A stretch of 64,000 nt of DNA, taken from the NCBI RefSeq assembly GCF_050920415.1, contig NZ_CP169309.1; one strand, written 5' to 3'. Each line of letters opens with the position of its first letter. Positions within the stretch are counted from its first letter, which is position 1. A program made the position numbers and the translations under genes. Under the pieces are notes generated by a model, which did no database searches, was not told where the DNA came from, and worked only from the letters and a program-made list of their open reading frames with translations. Of this stretch, positions 1-9,985 are shown piece after piece. Source of the DNA: Escherichia coli (lineage in GTDB: Bacteria > Pseudomonadota > Gammaproteobacteria > Enterobacterales > Enterobacteriaceae).

Positions 1-1679
1 AACTCCGCCGGAAAAGAAACCGCCGCAAACCTGTGCCCTATGAACTCATTCCGGGTTCGCTGGCGCGTATGCTGTGCGCCGACTGGTGGTATCGGAAATT
101 ATGGAAGATGCGTTGCGAATGGCGGGAAGAGCAGTTGCGTGCTGTCTGTCTGGTCAGCAAAAAAGCATCTCCCTATGTCAGCTATGAAGCCGTGATGCAT
201 AAACGTGAGCAGCGCCGTAAGTCGCTGGAGTTTTTCCGTTCTCATGAACTGGTGAACGAAGACGGCGACACGCTGGACATGGAGGATGTGGTAAACGCCA
301 GCAGCAGCAACCCTGCGCATCGCCGCAATGAGATGATGGCCTGTGTTAAAGGCCTGGAGCTTATCGCGGAAATACGCGGTGACTGCGCCGTTTTCTACAC
401 CATCACCTGTCCGTCACGTTTCCATTCCACGCTAAATAACGGCAGGCCCAACCCGACCTGGACAAATGCGACGGTAAGACAAAGCAGTGATTATCTGGTT
501 GGCATGTTTGCTGCATTTCGTAAGGCGATGCACAAAGCCGGATTGCGCTGGTATGGCGTGCGGGTGGCTGAGCCGCATCATGACGGTACAGTTCACTGGC
601 ACCTGTTGTGTTTTATGCGCAAAAAAGATCGCCGCGCCATTACTGCTTTGTTGCGTAAGTTTGCCATTCGTGAAGACCGCGAGGAGCTGGGGAATAACAC
701 GGGACCACGCTTTAAGTCTGAGTTGATTAACCCGCGCAAAGGAACGCCGACAAGCTACATCGCGAAATATATCAGTAAGAACATTGACGGGCGTGGTCTG
801 GCTGGCGAGATCAGCAAGGAAACGGGTAAATCCCTGCGTGATAACGCTGAATACGTGAATGCCTGGGCGTCTCTGCATCGTGTTCAGCAATTCCGCTTCT
901 TTGGCATTCCGGGGCGTCAGGCTTACCGTGAACTGCGATTGCTGGCTGGTCAGGCGGCAAGGCAACAGGGTGACAAAAAAGCAGGTGCGCCGGTACTGGA
1001 TAACCCGCGCCTTGATGCAATCCTGGCTGCTGCTGATGCTGGTTGTTTTGCCACCTACATCATGAAGCAGGGCGGCGTACTGGTTCCCCGTAAATATCAC
1101 CTCATCAGAACCGCTTATGAAATCAACGAAGAGCCAACCGCCTATGGCGATCACGGTATTCGTATTTATGGCATCTGGTCACCCATTGCAGAGGGCAAGA
1201 TCTGCACTCATGCAGTGAAGTGGAAAATGGTTCGTAAGGCCGTTGACATTCAGGAGGCGGCAGCCGACCAGGGCGCTTGCGCCCCTTGGACTCGTGGCAA
1301 TAACTGTCCCCTTGCTGAAAATTTGAACCAACAGGAGAAAGATAAATCAGCTGATGGGGGCCCCAGAACGGACTTTACCCGCATGGATGACAAGGAGTTG
1401 CACGATTACCTGCACAGTATGAACAAAAAGGGGCGCCGGGAACTGGCTGCAAGGTTACGTCTGGTGAAACCGAAACGGCGTAGAGACTACAAACAGCGAA
1501 TTACAGACCATCAACGACAGCAGCTCGTCTATGAACTGAAATCCAGAGGATTTGATGGCAGCGAGAAAGAGGTCGATTTACTCCTTCGCGGCGGCAGTAT
1601 TCCGTCAGGAGCAGGCCTGCGTATCTTCTATCGGAACCAGCGTTTGCAGGAAGATGATAAGTGGCGGAACCTGTATTAA
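1..1679 (+). CDS. phage replication initiation protein (P2 gpA-like rolling-circle endonuclease), 5' end outside window
   Basis: Frame is open from window start (no stop before the GTG at 33); 548+ aa resembling P2/186 gpA; position upstream of the A-Q variable region. Confidence 0.8.
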   Translation, partial: LRRKRNRRKPVPYELIPGSLARMLCADWWYRKLWKMRCEWREEQLRAVCLVSKKASPYVSYEAVMHKREQRRKSLEFFRSHELVNEDGDTLDMEDVVNASSSNPAHRRNEMMACVKGLELIAEIRGDCAVFYTITCPSRFHSTLNNGRPNPTWTNATVRQSSDYLVGMFAAFRKAMHKAGLRWYGVRVAEPHHDGTVHWHLLCFMRKKDRRAITALLRKFAIREDREELGNNTGPRFKSELINPRKGTPTSYIAKYISKNIDGRGLAGEISKETGKSLRDNAEYVNAWASLHRVQQFRFFGIPGRQAYRELRLLAGQAARQQGDKKAGAPVLDNPRLDAILAAADAGCFATYIMKQGGVLVPRKYHLIRTAYEINEEPTAYGDHGIRIYGIWSPIAEGKICTHAVKWKMVRKAVDIQEAAADQGACAPWTRGNNCPLAENLNQQEKDKSADGGPRTDFTRMDDKELHDYLHSMNKKGRRELAARLRLVKPKRRRDYKQRITDHQRQQLVYELKSRGFDGSEKEVDLLLRGGSIPSGAGLRIFYRNQRLQEDDKWRNLY

Positions 1680-1772
1680 TTACGCTGGTTAACAATTCGT
1701 GCTCTTAATAATACCAGGCATATCAGGCTGATAAGCGTAAAAAAAACGTTTTACATCAGTAAGATTATTATA

Positions 1773-1792
1773 TACTGTAAATATAAACAGTG
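1773..1792 (+). promoter_or_regulatory. LexA (SOS) box tACTGT-N8-ACAGtg
   Basis: Sequence tactgtaaatataaacagtg fits CTGT-N8-ACAG consensus; lies ~45 bp upstream of the small ORF/DinI-like pair. Confidence 0.55.
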
Positions 1793-1833
1793 GTTATACA
1801 TACAGCATTGCGTGTGGTGTCATAGGAGGAAAG

Positions 1834-2022
1834 ATGCAGGACTATTTTTTGGAGTCTTTGAAGCTCCAGCGCATTGATTTTTTTCTTAAGCTTGTAGCGG
1901 CTAGTGAGTGTAGTGATGAAGAGAAGGGGCTGGCTCTGCAGTGGGTTTCTGAATTGACTGATGAACTCATGGCAAAAATCAGAAGCCACGAATACAACCG
2001 CTCAATGGATGTCATCAGCTGA
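1834..2022 (+). CDS. small hypothetical protein, possible Tum-like antirepressor N-terminal part
   Basis: 62 aa ORF with ggagga RBS 6-8 nt upstream; follows LexA box; overlaps the DinI-like frame by ~60 nt in a different frame. Confidence 0.45.
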   Translation: MQDYFLESLKLQRIDFFLKLVAASECSDEEKGLALQWVSELTDELMAKIRSHEYNRSMDVIS

Positions 2023-2032
2023 GGTGACTTTT

Positions 2033-2266
2033 ATGCGCATTGAAATAATGATCGATAAAGAGCAGAAGATTAGCCAGTCTACCCTGGACGCCCTTGAATC
2101 CGAGCTTTACCGCAATCTGCGCCCCCTGTATCCCAAAACGGTAATCCGTATCCGTAAAGGTAGCTCTAACGGTGTGGAACTGACCGGACTGCAACTGGAC
2201 GAAGAAAGAAAACAAGTGATGAAAATTATGCAGAAGGTGTGGGAAGACGACAGCTGGCTGTATTGA
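2033..2266 (+). CDS. DinI-family protein (damage-inducible, RecA modulator-like)
   Basis: 77 aa starting MRIEIMIDK...; conserved DinI motifs (MRIE, LDAL..EL, WE..W near C-terminus); gagg RBS before ATG 2033. Confidence 0.75.
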   Translation: MRIEIMIDKEQKISQSTLDALESELYRNLRPLYPKTVIRIRKGSSNGVELTGLQLDEERKQVMKIMQKVWEDDSWLY

Positions 2267-2321
2267 TTTTGTCAATAGACGCTTGTTTTTACTAATCAAA
2301 AAGGGTTACATATGAGTGAGA

Positions 2322-2352
2322 GGCGATGTCAATCAGATATCGCCTTGTTTTT
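2322..2352 (+). terminator. putative rho-independent terminator after DinI-like gene
   Basis: ggcgat...atcgcc stem followed by ttgtttttt. Confidence 0.35.
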
Positions 2353-2379
2353 TGTCAAGAAAAGAATAATAGGCTAAAA

Positions 2380-3057
2380 ATGAAAATTAATAATGTAGCG
2401 TTACCAATATCTCTTGCTGTAATCCTAACTGGTTGCGTGCCACATGCTTCTAACCGAAATATCACTGCTATTGAAGTGGTGAAGCCTGCTATTGGGCAAA
2501 GTGCTACCGCCTACATGGGCGATCCCATTATCACATCTGCTACTGGATTTAAAACGGACGTACTAGAACTTGGTGCGGCTAATGGTGCATTGTCTTCTAT
2601 CGCTGCTGGTACATATTGCAGTGAGGGGAATGGAATTTACCGCAATTATCATAACCCTCAAGCTGTTGCGTTAAAAAATCTCTATGGGCAAATCGGTAAC
2701 TATGTTGATTATGTTAGTTACGATGCTGCAAAAAATGAGATATCACCGCCAAATGGTACTTCTTATACTGCATCAGAAATTTCTATCAAACGTGTTCCTG
2801 ATGGGCTGTGTCGAGTTAGTAACTCATTGGTTAAGACTATCGAATACAATGGAAATGCAGGCGGTGTAATGAAGTTCACCTATCGTGAATTTGCAAACGA
2901 TATGGCTCGTGCAGCATTTACAACAGATTTTTCTGTAGATTCTAAGGGAAGTGACGTTATCGCTTACAAAGGTGCCAAGTTCAAAGTGAACAAGGCTGAT
3001 AACTCGTCTATTTCTTATACAATTATTTCTGGCTTTGACAAGGCTGTCACGTTCTAG
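2380..3057 (+). CDS. orphan lipoprotein (225 aa), unknown function
   Basis: Signal peptide MKINNVALPISLAVILTG followed by Cys (lipobox LTGC); AT-rich relative to phage backbone; ORF-track start 2326 trimmed to ATG 2380. Confidence 0.6.
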   Translation: MKINNVALPISLAVILTGCVPHASNRNITAIEVVKPAIGQSATAYMGDPIITSATGFKTDVLELGAANGALSSIAAGTYCSEGNGIYRNYHNPQAVALKNLYGQIGNYVDYVSYDAAKNEISPPNGTSYTASEISIKRVPDGLCRVSNSLVKTIEYNGNAGGVMKFTYREFANDMARAAFTTDFSVDSKGSDVIAYKGAKFKVNKADNSSISYTIISGFDKAVTF

Positions 3058-3161
3058 GTTTCACGCTTACTGAGTATGTTACGATTTTGCACATTCTGCA
3101 TAAGCGCGCATGTCTATGCTGCATGAGATCGCATGATCGTTTGAGGATCTTTTGTGTTAAG

Positions 3162-3186
3162 GCCCGCCAGTTCTGGCGGGCTTTTG
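3162..3186 (+). terminator. rho-independent terminator
   Basis: gcccgcca-gttc-tggcgggc hairpin followed by ttttg. Confidence 0.55.
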
Positions 3187-3230
3187 CGTAGATCATGCAG
3201 GTGCATGAAAACCACTACATAAAGCGGGCA

Positions 3231-3250
3231 GGCGTGGCGGGGATACGAGC
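3231..3250. other. candidate cos (cohesive end) site of P2/186-like phage
   Basis: ggcgtggcggggatacgagc resembles the GGCG(A/T)GGCGGGGAAAGCA(C/T) cohesive-end sequence of P2/186 as I recall it; lies between the accessory region and the portal end. Confidence 0.3.
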
Positions 3251-3374
3251 GCGCGCTCATGGTTGAATTAATGAAATTATGGTGTTAAATAGGCTAGCTT
3301 TTTAAGTCGTGAATATTTGTCAACGCCAAGATTATTGGCCGTTTTTCGCCATTTTTAATGTCCGCTATTGGTCA

Positions 3375-4167
<793 letters not shown>

Positions 4168-4171
<4 letters not shown>

Positions 4172-5338
4172 AACAGCTCCTCATAGGCACTCAACGGCCT
4201 GTGTTCCACCTGACTGACCTGCTGCCAGAGTGGGGCGTGATGCTCCGGCACGGTCTGCCAGCCGTATACAGCCGAACAGAGACGGTGCGATGCTACCTGT
4301 TGCTCATTACTGTAGATCCGCAGTTCATCATCCAGCGAGATCCGTATTGATACCGGCTGGCCACACAGGCTTTCCGGCACGCTGTAACGGTTCCCGCCAA
4401 CCTCGATATAGCCATCCCAGGAGACATGACGGATATCGAAGTAGCTGGTATCGAAGTCCGTACCTGGCAGCGCCTGCAGATGCACCTGTTCCTGCGTGAA
4501 GCGCTGTTCCGGTGTCTGCCTGAACTGGCGAAGTCCCGCCTGTCGGCAACGTCAGCCATCCACTGCTCCAGTAGCTGATTAACATGGGCGAAGCTGTCGA
4601 ACCGGCGGTACCGGACGAAGAAGTTTTCCTTGAGGTATTTCACCATCCGTTCCACCTTACCTTTGGTTCTGGCCCTTCGTGGACGGCAGGCCCGTGGCAG
4701 GAAGCCATAGTGATGGCCAGCAGCAGGAACCCGGAGTTGAACACCACCTTCCCGTTGTTATTTTTCAGCACTGCGGCTTTCTGGTTATCGACCAGCACGG
4801 TTTTCACGCTGCCGCCGAAGTAGCGAAAGGCGCGGACCAGTGACTCATAGGTATGTTCAGCATCCTGCTTTGGTGCCGCGAAGACATGGAAGCGACGTGA
4901 GAACCCCAGCGTATTAACCGCGAAGTTAACCCTGCATCGTTGCCCGGCAACCTCAGCCTCAACTTCTCCCCAGTCATGCTGTAGCTGGTAACCGGGCTGA
5001 GTTTCGAAGCGAACCGTTTTCTTCGATGGCCGCATCTTACGTTTGGGCTGGATGTAGTAACGCAACATGGAACGGCCACCGGTATAACCCATCGCTTTGA
5101 TTTCCGCCAGGATGACCTCGCCGTTCCAGACATTCTCAGCCAGACGCATGTCGATATAGTCCATGAACGGCTTGAGTTTGGCCATTTTGTGGCGTGTTTT
5201 TCTGGCCGGAGGTTCCGGGTATTTCAGGTACCGTCTGACAGTCCGCTCAGAGCAACCAACCTGAGTGGCAATATCAACAATATACGCACCTTGCTGGCGC
5301 ATTTGCTTTATCATGTAAAAGTCCTCTCTGCTCAGCAT
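4168..5338 (-). pseudogene. istA: istA (IS21 transposase) split by at least two frameshifts
   Basis: Three consecutive ORF fragments (4640-5338, 4293-4655, 4168-4485) together cover an IstA-like protein. Confidence 0.6.
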
Positions 5339-5485
5339 GAGTGTTCCCTTTGTGGTGTAGGAACCTTAAGGAAACAACATGTTGGGTGGAGCGGACAATC
5401 CAAATGGTGAATTACTGTCTTATATCATTGGCGCTGACATATTCAATTTTTCAACTCATTTTTTTCATAGGGAGGAGTAATTGAC

Positions 5486-6184
5486 ATGGTTATGTTAGTG
5501 GATGACTGTCCACGATGTGGATCACAAAAAATAGCGTTTGATGTTAATGGGCTGAATTGCACTAGGGTTTACAATGCATTGGGCGGGGGTAAAACATACG
5601 AGTACGAGGTCTATTGTGTTTGCCGAGAGTGTCATAAAACGACAATGTTTCTTTGCAGACCTTTAACGAAAAATAAAACTTTAGATGGCTATAATTGGGA
5701 AAGTGGAATATTCGGCTTAAAGGAAGTTGCAGAGGTTGTTAGGCCTATATCACCGGCAGACTTAGCAGTAGAGGAGCCACCAGAGTTCTTACCTGAGCAT
5801 ATCAATAGTGCATATGAGGAAGGGGCGAAATGTTTGGCTATAGGTTGTTATAATGCAGCAGCAACCATGTTTAGGCTTTGCCTTGATTATGCCACAAAAG
5901 GACTTCTTCCTGATGGGGAGCAAGGGCCTGCGCAAAAAATAAGGAGAAGCCTAGGGTTAAGAATGGAGTGGTTATTTGATAATCATCTACTGCCTGAAGC
6001 TTTAAGGGAACTAGCTGAATGCGTTAAAGATGACGGAAATGATGGAGCGCATGAAGGTATTTTGGATAAAGCTGCTGCTGAGGATCTTGAAGATTTTACC
6101 TATCTTTTTTTAGAACGGCTTTACACTGAACCTCAACGCCTTATCGAAGCCAAGACAAGGCGTGAACAAAGAAGAAACAAATAA
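5486..6184 (+). CDS. orphan protein with N-terminal 4-Cys zinc ribbon and C-terminal DUF4145-like domain; candidate phage-encoded defence/abortive-infection gene
   Basis: CPRC...CREC motif at N-terminus; C-terminal region with LAECVKDDGNDGAHEG signature typical of DUF4145 as I recall it; agggaggag RBS; AT-rich; sits between IS21 and the portal gene. Confidence 0.6.
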   Translation: MVMLVDDCPRCGSQKIAFDVNGLNCTRVYNALGGGKTYEYEVYCVCRECHKTTMFLCRPLTKNKTLDGYNWESGIFGLKEVAEVVRPISPADLAVEEPPEFLPEHINSAYEEGAKCLAIGCYNAAATMFRLCLDYATKGLLPDGEQGPAQKIRRSLGLRMEWLFDNHLLPEALRELAECVKDDGNDGAHEGILDKAAAEDLEDFTYLFLERLYTEPQRLIEAKTRREQRRNK

Positions 6185-6192
6185 GTTCGGAA

Positions 6193-7230
6193 TTATTCTT
6201 CTGAAAGAATATAGGGCGTAAATTTAATCACTTCTTCGCCCAGCCAGTCGTTCAGCTCTTGTAGCCTTTTTTGCAAGGGAGTTAATTCATTACGTACAAA
6301 TACGCGACTGGCCTTCTCCACATCCCCAAACCCTCCAACATTATTAGGCATAATCCCCATCATTTGCGGCGGCACGCGGTGCGCAGCCATCATGTCGTCG
6401 CGGCTGACATTTTTGATATTCAAAAACTCATCCTTCGCCGCGACTTCTGACAATGGGATGATCTGAAGCCCGTCTTTTTTGCCGTTAGGCGAGTACATAA
6501 ACAGGTTGCGGAAGTTGCCTGGACCTTTGGCGCTTTTCATCGCATTGCGGAGGTTGTTCACATCCTCCTGGTTTTGCGCGGCATCGGTCATGTACATGAT
6601 AAAGCCCGCATGACTGCCGTTAATGTAATACTTGCGACGGAACAGCGTGGCGGACTCGTTGAGCAGGGCTGACGGAATGGCAGAAAGATAACCGGGCAGG
6701 CCGTAGATCTCCTGATTAATATCCGGTTCCATCAGATGAAAAATGCTGCCTTTCGTGAACTGATACGGCTGGGTTGTCATACCGTATTGCACAAACCAGT
6801 AGGTATCCAGGTCTAACCCGCGTCGGGTGTATTTTGCCAGTGCAGGCTCAAGGGCGATAACTTCACCGAAGCGGTTCGTGCGTTTCTCCAGGTAGGCGTT
6901 ACCAAAAACCAGATAGTCCTGCACAAAACGCGAAAAAGCCTGCTGGCTGAGCAGCGGGTGAGGGATGTAGGTGCTGGTCAGAATGTTGCACTTTACTGCA
7001 ATCGGGGAACTATGATGCACGGCAGCGCGGAAGGTGCGCGCCAGTCCGTCAAAGCTGACGGGCGGCTCATACCAGCGGTCCATCTGTACGCATTCCACAT
7101 AATCCAGCAGTTCTCGGCGGTCCAGAACAGGAACGGGATCGCCGAAGCTGAATGCTTCGGCTGTAGTTTGACTTTTAAGCTGGATCTGTTTCGTCGCCGC
7201 AGCGCGGTTCTTCTTACTCTTTCCCATCAA
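6193..7230 (-). CDS. portal protein (P2 gpQ-like)
   Basis: 345 aa, P2 Q-like; divergent from capsid operon; overlaps terminase gene by 4 nt. Confidence 0.9.
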   Translation of the reverse strand: MMGKSKKNRAAATKQIQLKSQTTAEAFSFGDPVPVLDRRELLDYVECVQMDRWYEPPVSFDGLARTFRAAVHHSSPIAVKCNILTSTYIPHPLLSQQAFSRFVQDYLVFGNAYLEKRTNRFGEVIALEPALAKYTRRGLDLDTYWFVQYGMTTQPYQFTKGSIFHLMEPDINQEIYGLPGYLSAIPSALLNESATLFRRKYYINGSHAGFIMYMTDAAQNQEDVNNLRNAMKSAKGPGNFRNLFMYSPNGKKDGLQIIPLSEVAAKDEFLNIKNVSRDDMMAAHRVPPQMMGIMPNNVGGFGDVEKASRVFVRNELTPLQKRLQELNDWLGEEVIKFTPYILSEE

Positions 7231-8993
7231 AAAATCTCCACAATATTGCTGGTATTGGCGGATTCGCCCTGCAGCGGTTCGTTAAACAGTGCGTGCATCG
7301 TTGCCCAGGCCAGATCGGCGTGGCTGGCTTCTTCGCTGCGGCTGGCTTCATAGGTCGGGCGGTTGCCACTGGCGGTGGTGGCGCGACGGATTGCCATAAA
7401 GGACTGCGCTATGTCGGTGTGTCCGGCGTCAAACTCCAGACGGCGGTGGCTGATAATGTCGTAGGCCTTGAGTACCAGGGCGTTTTTAACGTTGGGGTTG
7501 TAGACAAACTCCCGGACGGCAGGAAAAAACGCTTTCACGTTCTCGTAAACCCCGTGACCAACGCCGGTTGAGTCGATACCGATATAGGTCACGTTGTACT
7601 GTTCGGTCAGTTTTTTGATGGCGTCAGCCTGGGCGCGGAAGTCCATTCCGCGCCACTGGTGACGCTCAAGAATGCGGAACTTACCGCCCGGCACGGCTGG
7701 CGGCGCCACCACCACGCATCCGGCGCTGTCGCCGTTCTGCGTACCTTTCGCCGGGTCATATCCGATCCACACTTCGCGCCAGCCAAACGGGCGCAGGGCC
7801 AGTGCATGAAAGTCGGTCCAGACTTCCCAACTGTCCACCATGCACGCCTGCAGCTCGCTGAGCGGGAACACGGACGCGAGATCGTCCACGAACTCGCACA
7901 TCAGCAGGTTCTGGTATTCGTCCGGGCTGTACTCCATGCGCAACTGGTCAAGGTCGAACAGGTTACAGCCGCCGCGCACCGCATCTTCCACGGTGACTAT
8001 CTGGCGGTACTGCCCGTCTGCGCACAGCAGGCCGGGGGCCAGATTGCTGTGGGACAGGTCGATGTCCACCTTATCGGCTTTGTTGCGCCCTCGGTTGAAC
8101 AGCGCACCGGACCAGAACGGATAAGCACTGTGTGTCAGGCTGGATGGCGTGGAAAAATAGGTTTGTCGCCATTTTTTGTGAATAGCCATACCGGAAGCCA
8201 CTTTGCGCAGCTCCTGGAATTTCGGTATCCAGAAATATTCATCCAGATACAGGTTGCCGTGGTAACTCTGGGCCGTGCGGGCATTGGTGCCGAGGAAGTA
8301 AAGCGTGGCCCCGTTAGGAAGCACCATCGGATCGCCTTTCAGCTCCACCTCGACTTCTTTGGCGAAGTCGATGATGTACTGCTTAAAGACGTGGGCCTGT
8401 GCCTTACTGGCGGAAAGGAAAATCTGGTTACGTCCGGTCAGCAGGGCGTCAATCAGGGCTTCACGGGCAAAGTAAAAGGTCGCGCCGATCTGGCGAGACT
8501 TCAGCAGGTTGCGGATGCGATTGGTTTTTCCGGCTTCCCACCAGTGGCGCTGGTAGTTGAACATGGAGGAATGGAAGATTTCTTCCAGCTTCTCAATCTG
8601 TTCATCGGTGAAAACATTCTTTTCCGGCTGACGGCGCGGCCCTTTGTTGCGGTTGGCGACGTTAGGGTTTAAGTCGGCTTCGTTGCCGCCATTGTTAAAC
8701 TTGCCGATCCGCGCGTGGCGCTCCGACTGGCGCGCCAGCAGGTCAATTTCTTTGAAATCTTTCCCTTCTTTGTGCTCCTTCATAATGAGCTGGCAGTAGC
8801 GGGCGGCGGTGGTGAGCTGCATCTGATCCAGCGGCCCATAGTCACCCCACTTGTCGCGTTTTTTCCAGCTGTGAACGGTTGCAACTTTCTCGCCCAGCAT
8901 TTCAGCAATGCGGGCTACGCGGTATCCCTGAAAGTACAGCAGCATGGCCTGCCGACGGGGATCGAGATCTGCGGGTGTCAGTGTGGTGTTCAT
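7227..8993 (-). CDS. terminase large (ATPase) subunit (P2 gpP-like)
   Basis: 588 aa; P2 P-like; downstream of divergent late promoter region. Confidence 0.9.
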   Translation of the reverse strand: MNTTLTPADLDPRRQAMLLYFQGYRVARIAEMLGEKVATVHSWKKRDKWGDYGPLDQMQLTTAARYCQLIMKEHKEGKDFKEIDLLARQSERHARIGKFNNGGNEADLNPNVANRNKGPRRQPEKNVFTDEQIEKLEEIFHSSMFNYQRHWWEAGKTNRIRNLLKSRQIGATFYFAREALIDALLTGRNQIFLSASKAQAHVFKQYIIDFAKEVEVELKGDPMVLPNGATLYFLGTNARTAQSYHGNLYLDEYFWIPKFQELRKVASGMAIHKKWRQTYFSTPSSLTHSAYPFWSGALFNRGRNKADKVDIDLSHSNLAPGLLCADGQYRQIVTVEDAVRGGCNLFDLDQLRMEYSPDEYQNLLMCEFVDDLASVFPLSELQACMVDSWEVWTDFHALALRPFGWREVWIGYDPAKGTQNGDSAGCVVVAPPAVPGGKFRILERHQWRGMDFRAQADAIKKLTEQYNVTYIGIDSTGVGHGVYENVKAFFPAVREFVYNPNVKNALVLKAYDIISHRRLEFDAGHTDIAQSFMAIRRATTASGNRPTYEASRSEEASHADLAWATMHALFNEPLQGESANTSNIVEIF

Positions 8994-9038
8994 GGCACAA
9001 ACCTACAGCCTTGAATGAAGGCTTTCCCCGCCTGCGGT

Positions 9039-9056
9039 TTGTGTGGTTGTCGGTAC
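9039..9056. promoter_or_regulatory. Ogr/Delta-type late promoter activator box (TGT-N12-ACA) in divergent P/O promoter region
   Basis: tgt-gtggttgtcggt-aca in the 142 bp intergenic region between terminase and scaffold genes. Confidence 0.4.
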
Positions 9057-9135
9057 AAATACCGCGCATTGTTTCACTGCCCCCATCACCGCAACCATAA
9101 GGCTCCAGTAAGTTTTTTCTAACGGAGCACGGCTC

Positions 9136-9969
9136 ATGACAGTGAAAGCAAAGCGTTTTCGCATCGGGGTGGAAGGTGCCACTACCGACGGACGCGAAAT
9201 CCAGCGTGAATGGCTGGAACAGATGGCAGCCAGCTACAACCCGGCGGTGTATACCGCGCTGATTAACCTTGAGCACATTAAGTCTTATCTGCCGGACAGC
9301 ACGTTTAACCGCTACGGCAAGGTGACGGCGCTGTTTGCTGAAGAAATCGCGGAAGGTCCGCTGGCAGGCAAGATGGCACTGTATGCCGACGTTGAGCCAA
9401 CGGAGTCCCTGGTGGAACTGGTGAAAAAAGGCCAGAAATTATTCACCTCTATGGAAGTCAGCCCGAAGTTTGCTGATACGGGCAAAGCCTACCTGGTCGG
9501 CCTGGCTGCCACTGATGATCCCGCCAGTCTGGGTACGGAAATGCTGACATTCAGCGCCAGTGCAGCCCATAACCCGCTGGCAAACCGCAAGCAGAATCCT
9601 GCCAATCTTTTTACCGCTGCAGAGGAAACGGTGATCGAACTGGAAGAAATCCAGGAGGACAAGCCGTCCCTGTTTGCCCGCGTCACGGCGCTGTTTACCA
9701 AAAAAGAGCAGTCCGATGACGTCCGGTTCTCTGATGTGCATAAGGCCGTGGAACTGGTCGCCACTGAGCAGCAGAACCTGAGCACGCGCACCGAAAAATC
9801 CCTGTCTGAGCAGGAAGAACGCCTGTCTGAGCTGGAGACTGCTCTGCAGGAGCAGCAAACCGCCTTTAACGAACTGGTGGATAAGCTGAGTCATGAAGAC
9901 AGCCGCCAGGACTACCGCCAGCGTGCAACAGGCGGCAACGCCCCCGCTGACACTCTGACCAATTGCTGA
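9136..9969 (+). CDS. capsid scaffolding protein (P2 gpO-like)
   Basis: 277 aa, position and similarity to P2 O. Confidence 0.85.
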   Translation: MTVKAKRFRIGVEGATTDGREIQREWLEQMAASYNPAVYTALINLEHIKSYLPDSTFNRYGKVTALFAEEIAEGPLAGKMALYADVEPTESLVELVKKGQKLFTSMEVSPKFADTGKAYLVGLAATDDPASLGTEMLTFSASAAHNPLANRKQNPANLFTAAEETVIELEEIQEDKPSLFARVTALFTKKEQSDDVRFSDVHKAVELVATEQQNLSTRTEKSLSEQEERLSELETALQEQQTAFNELVDKLSHEDSRQDYRQRATGGNAPADTLTNC

Positions 9970-9985
9970 TGGAGCATAAAACCCA

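Noticed and set aside
1961-2266. Longer 101-aa start for the DinI-like ORF and 243-aa start (2326) for the lipoprotein
   Set aside because: Upstream extensions lack RBS and, for DinI, overlap the preceding ORF; conserved protein N-termini (MRIE..., MKINN... signal peptide) begin at the internal ATGs.
7659-8672. 337-aa plus-strand ORF antisense to the terminase large subunit
   Set aside because: Lies entirely within a well-supported conserved gene on the other strand; no RBS or homology.
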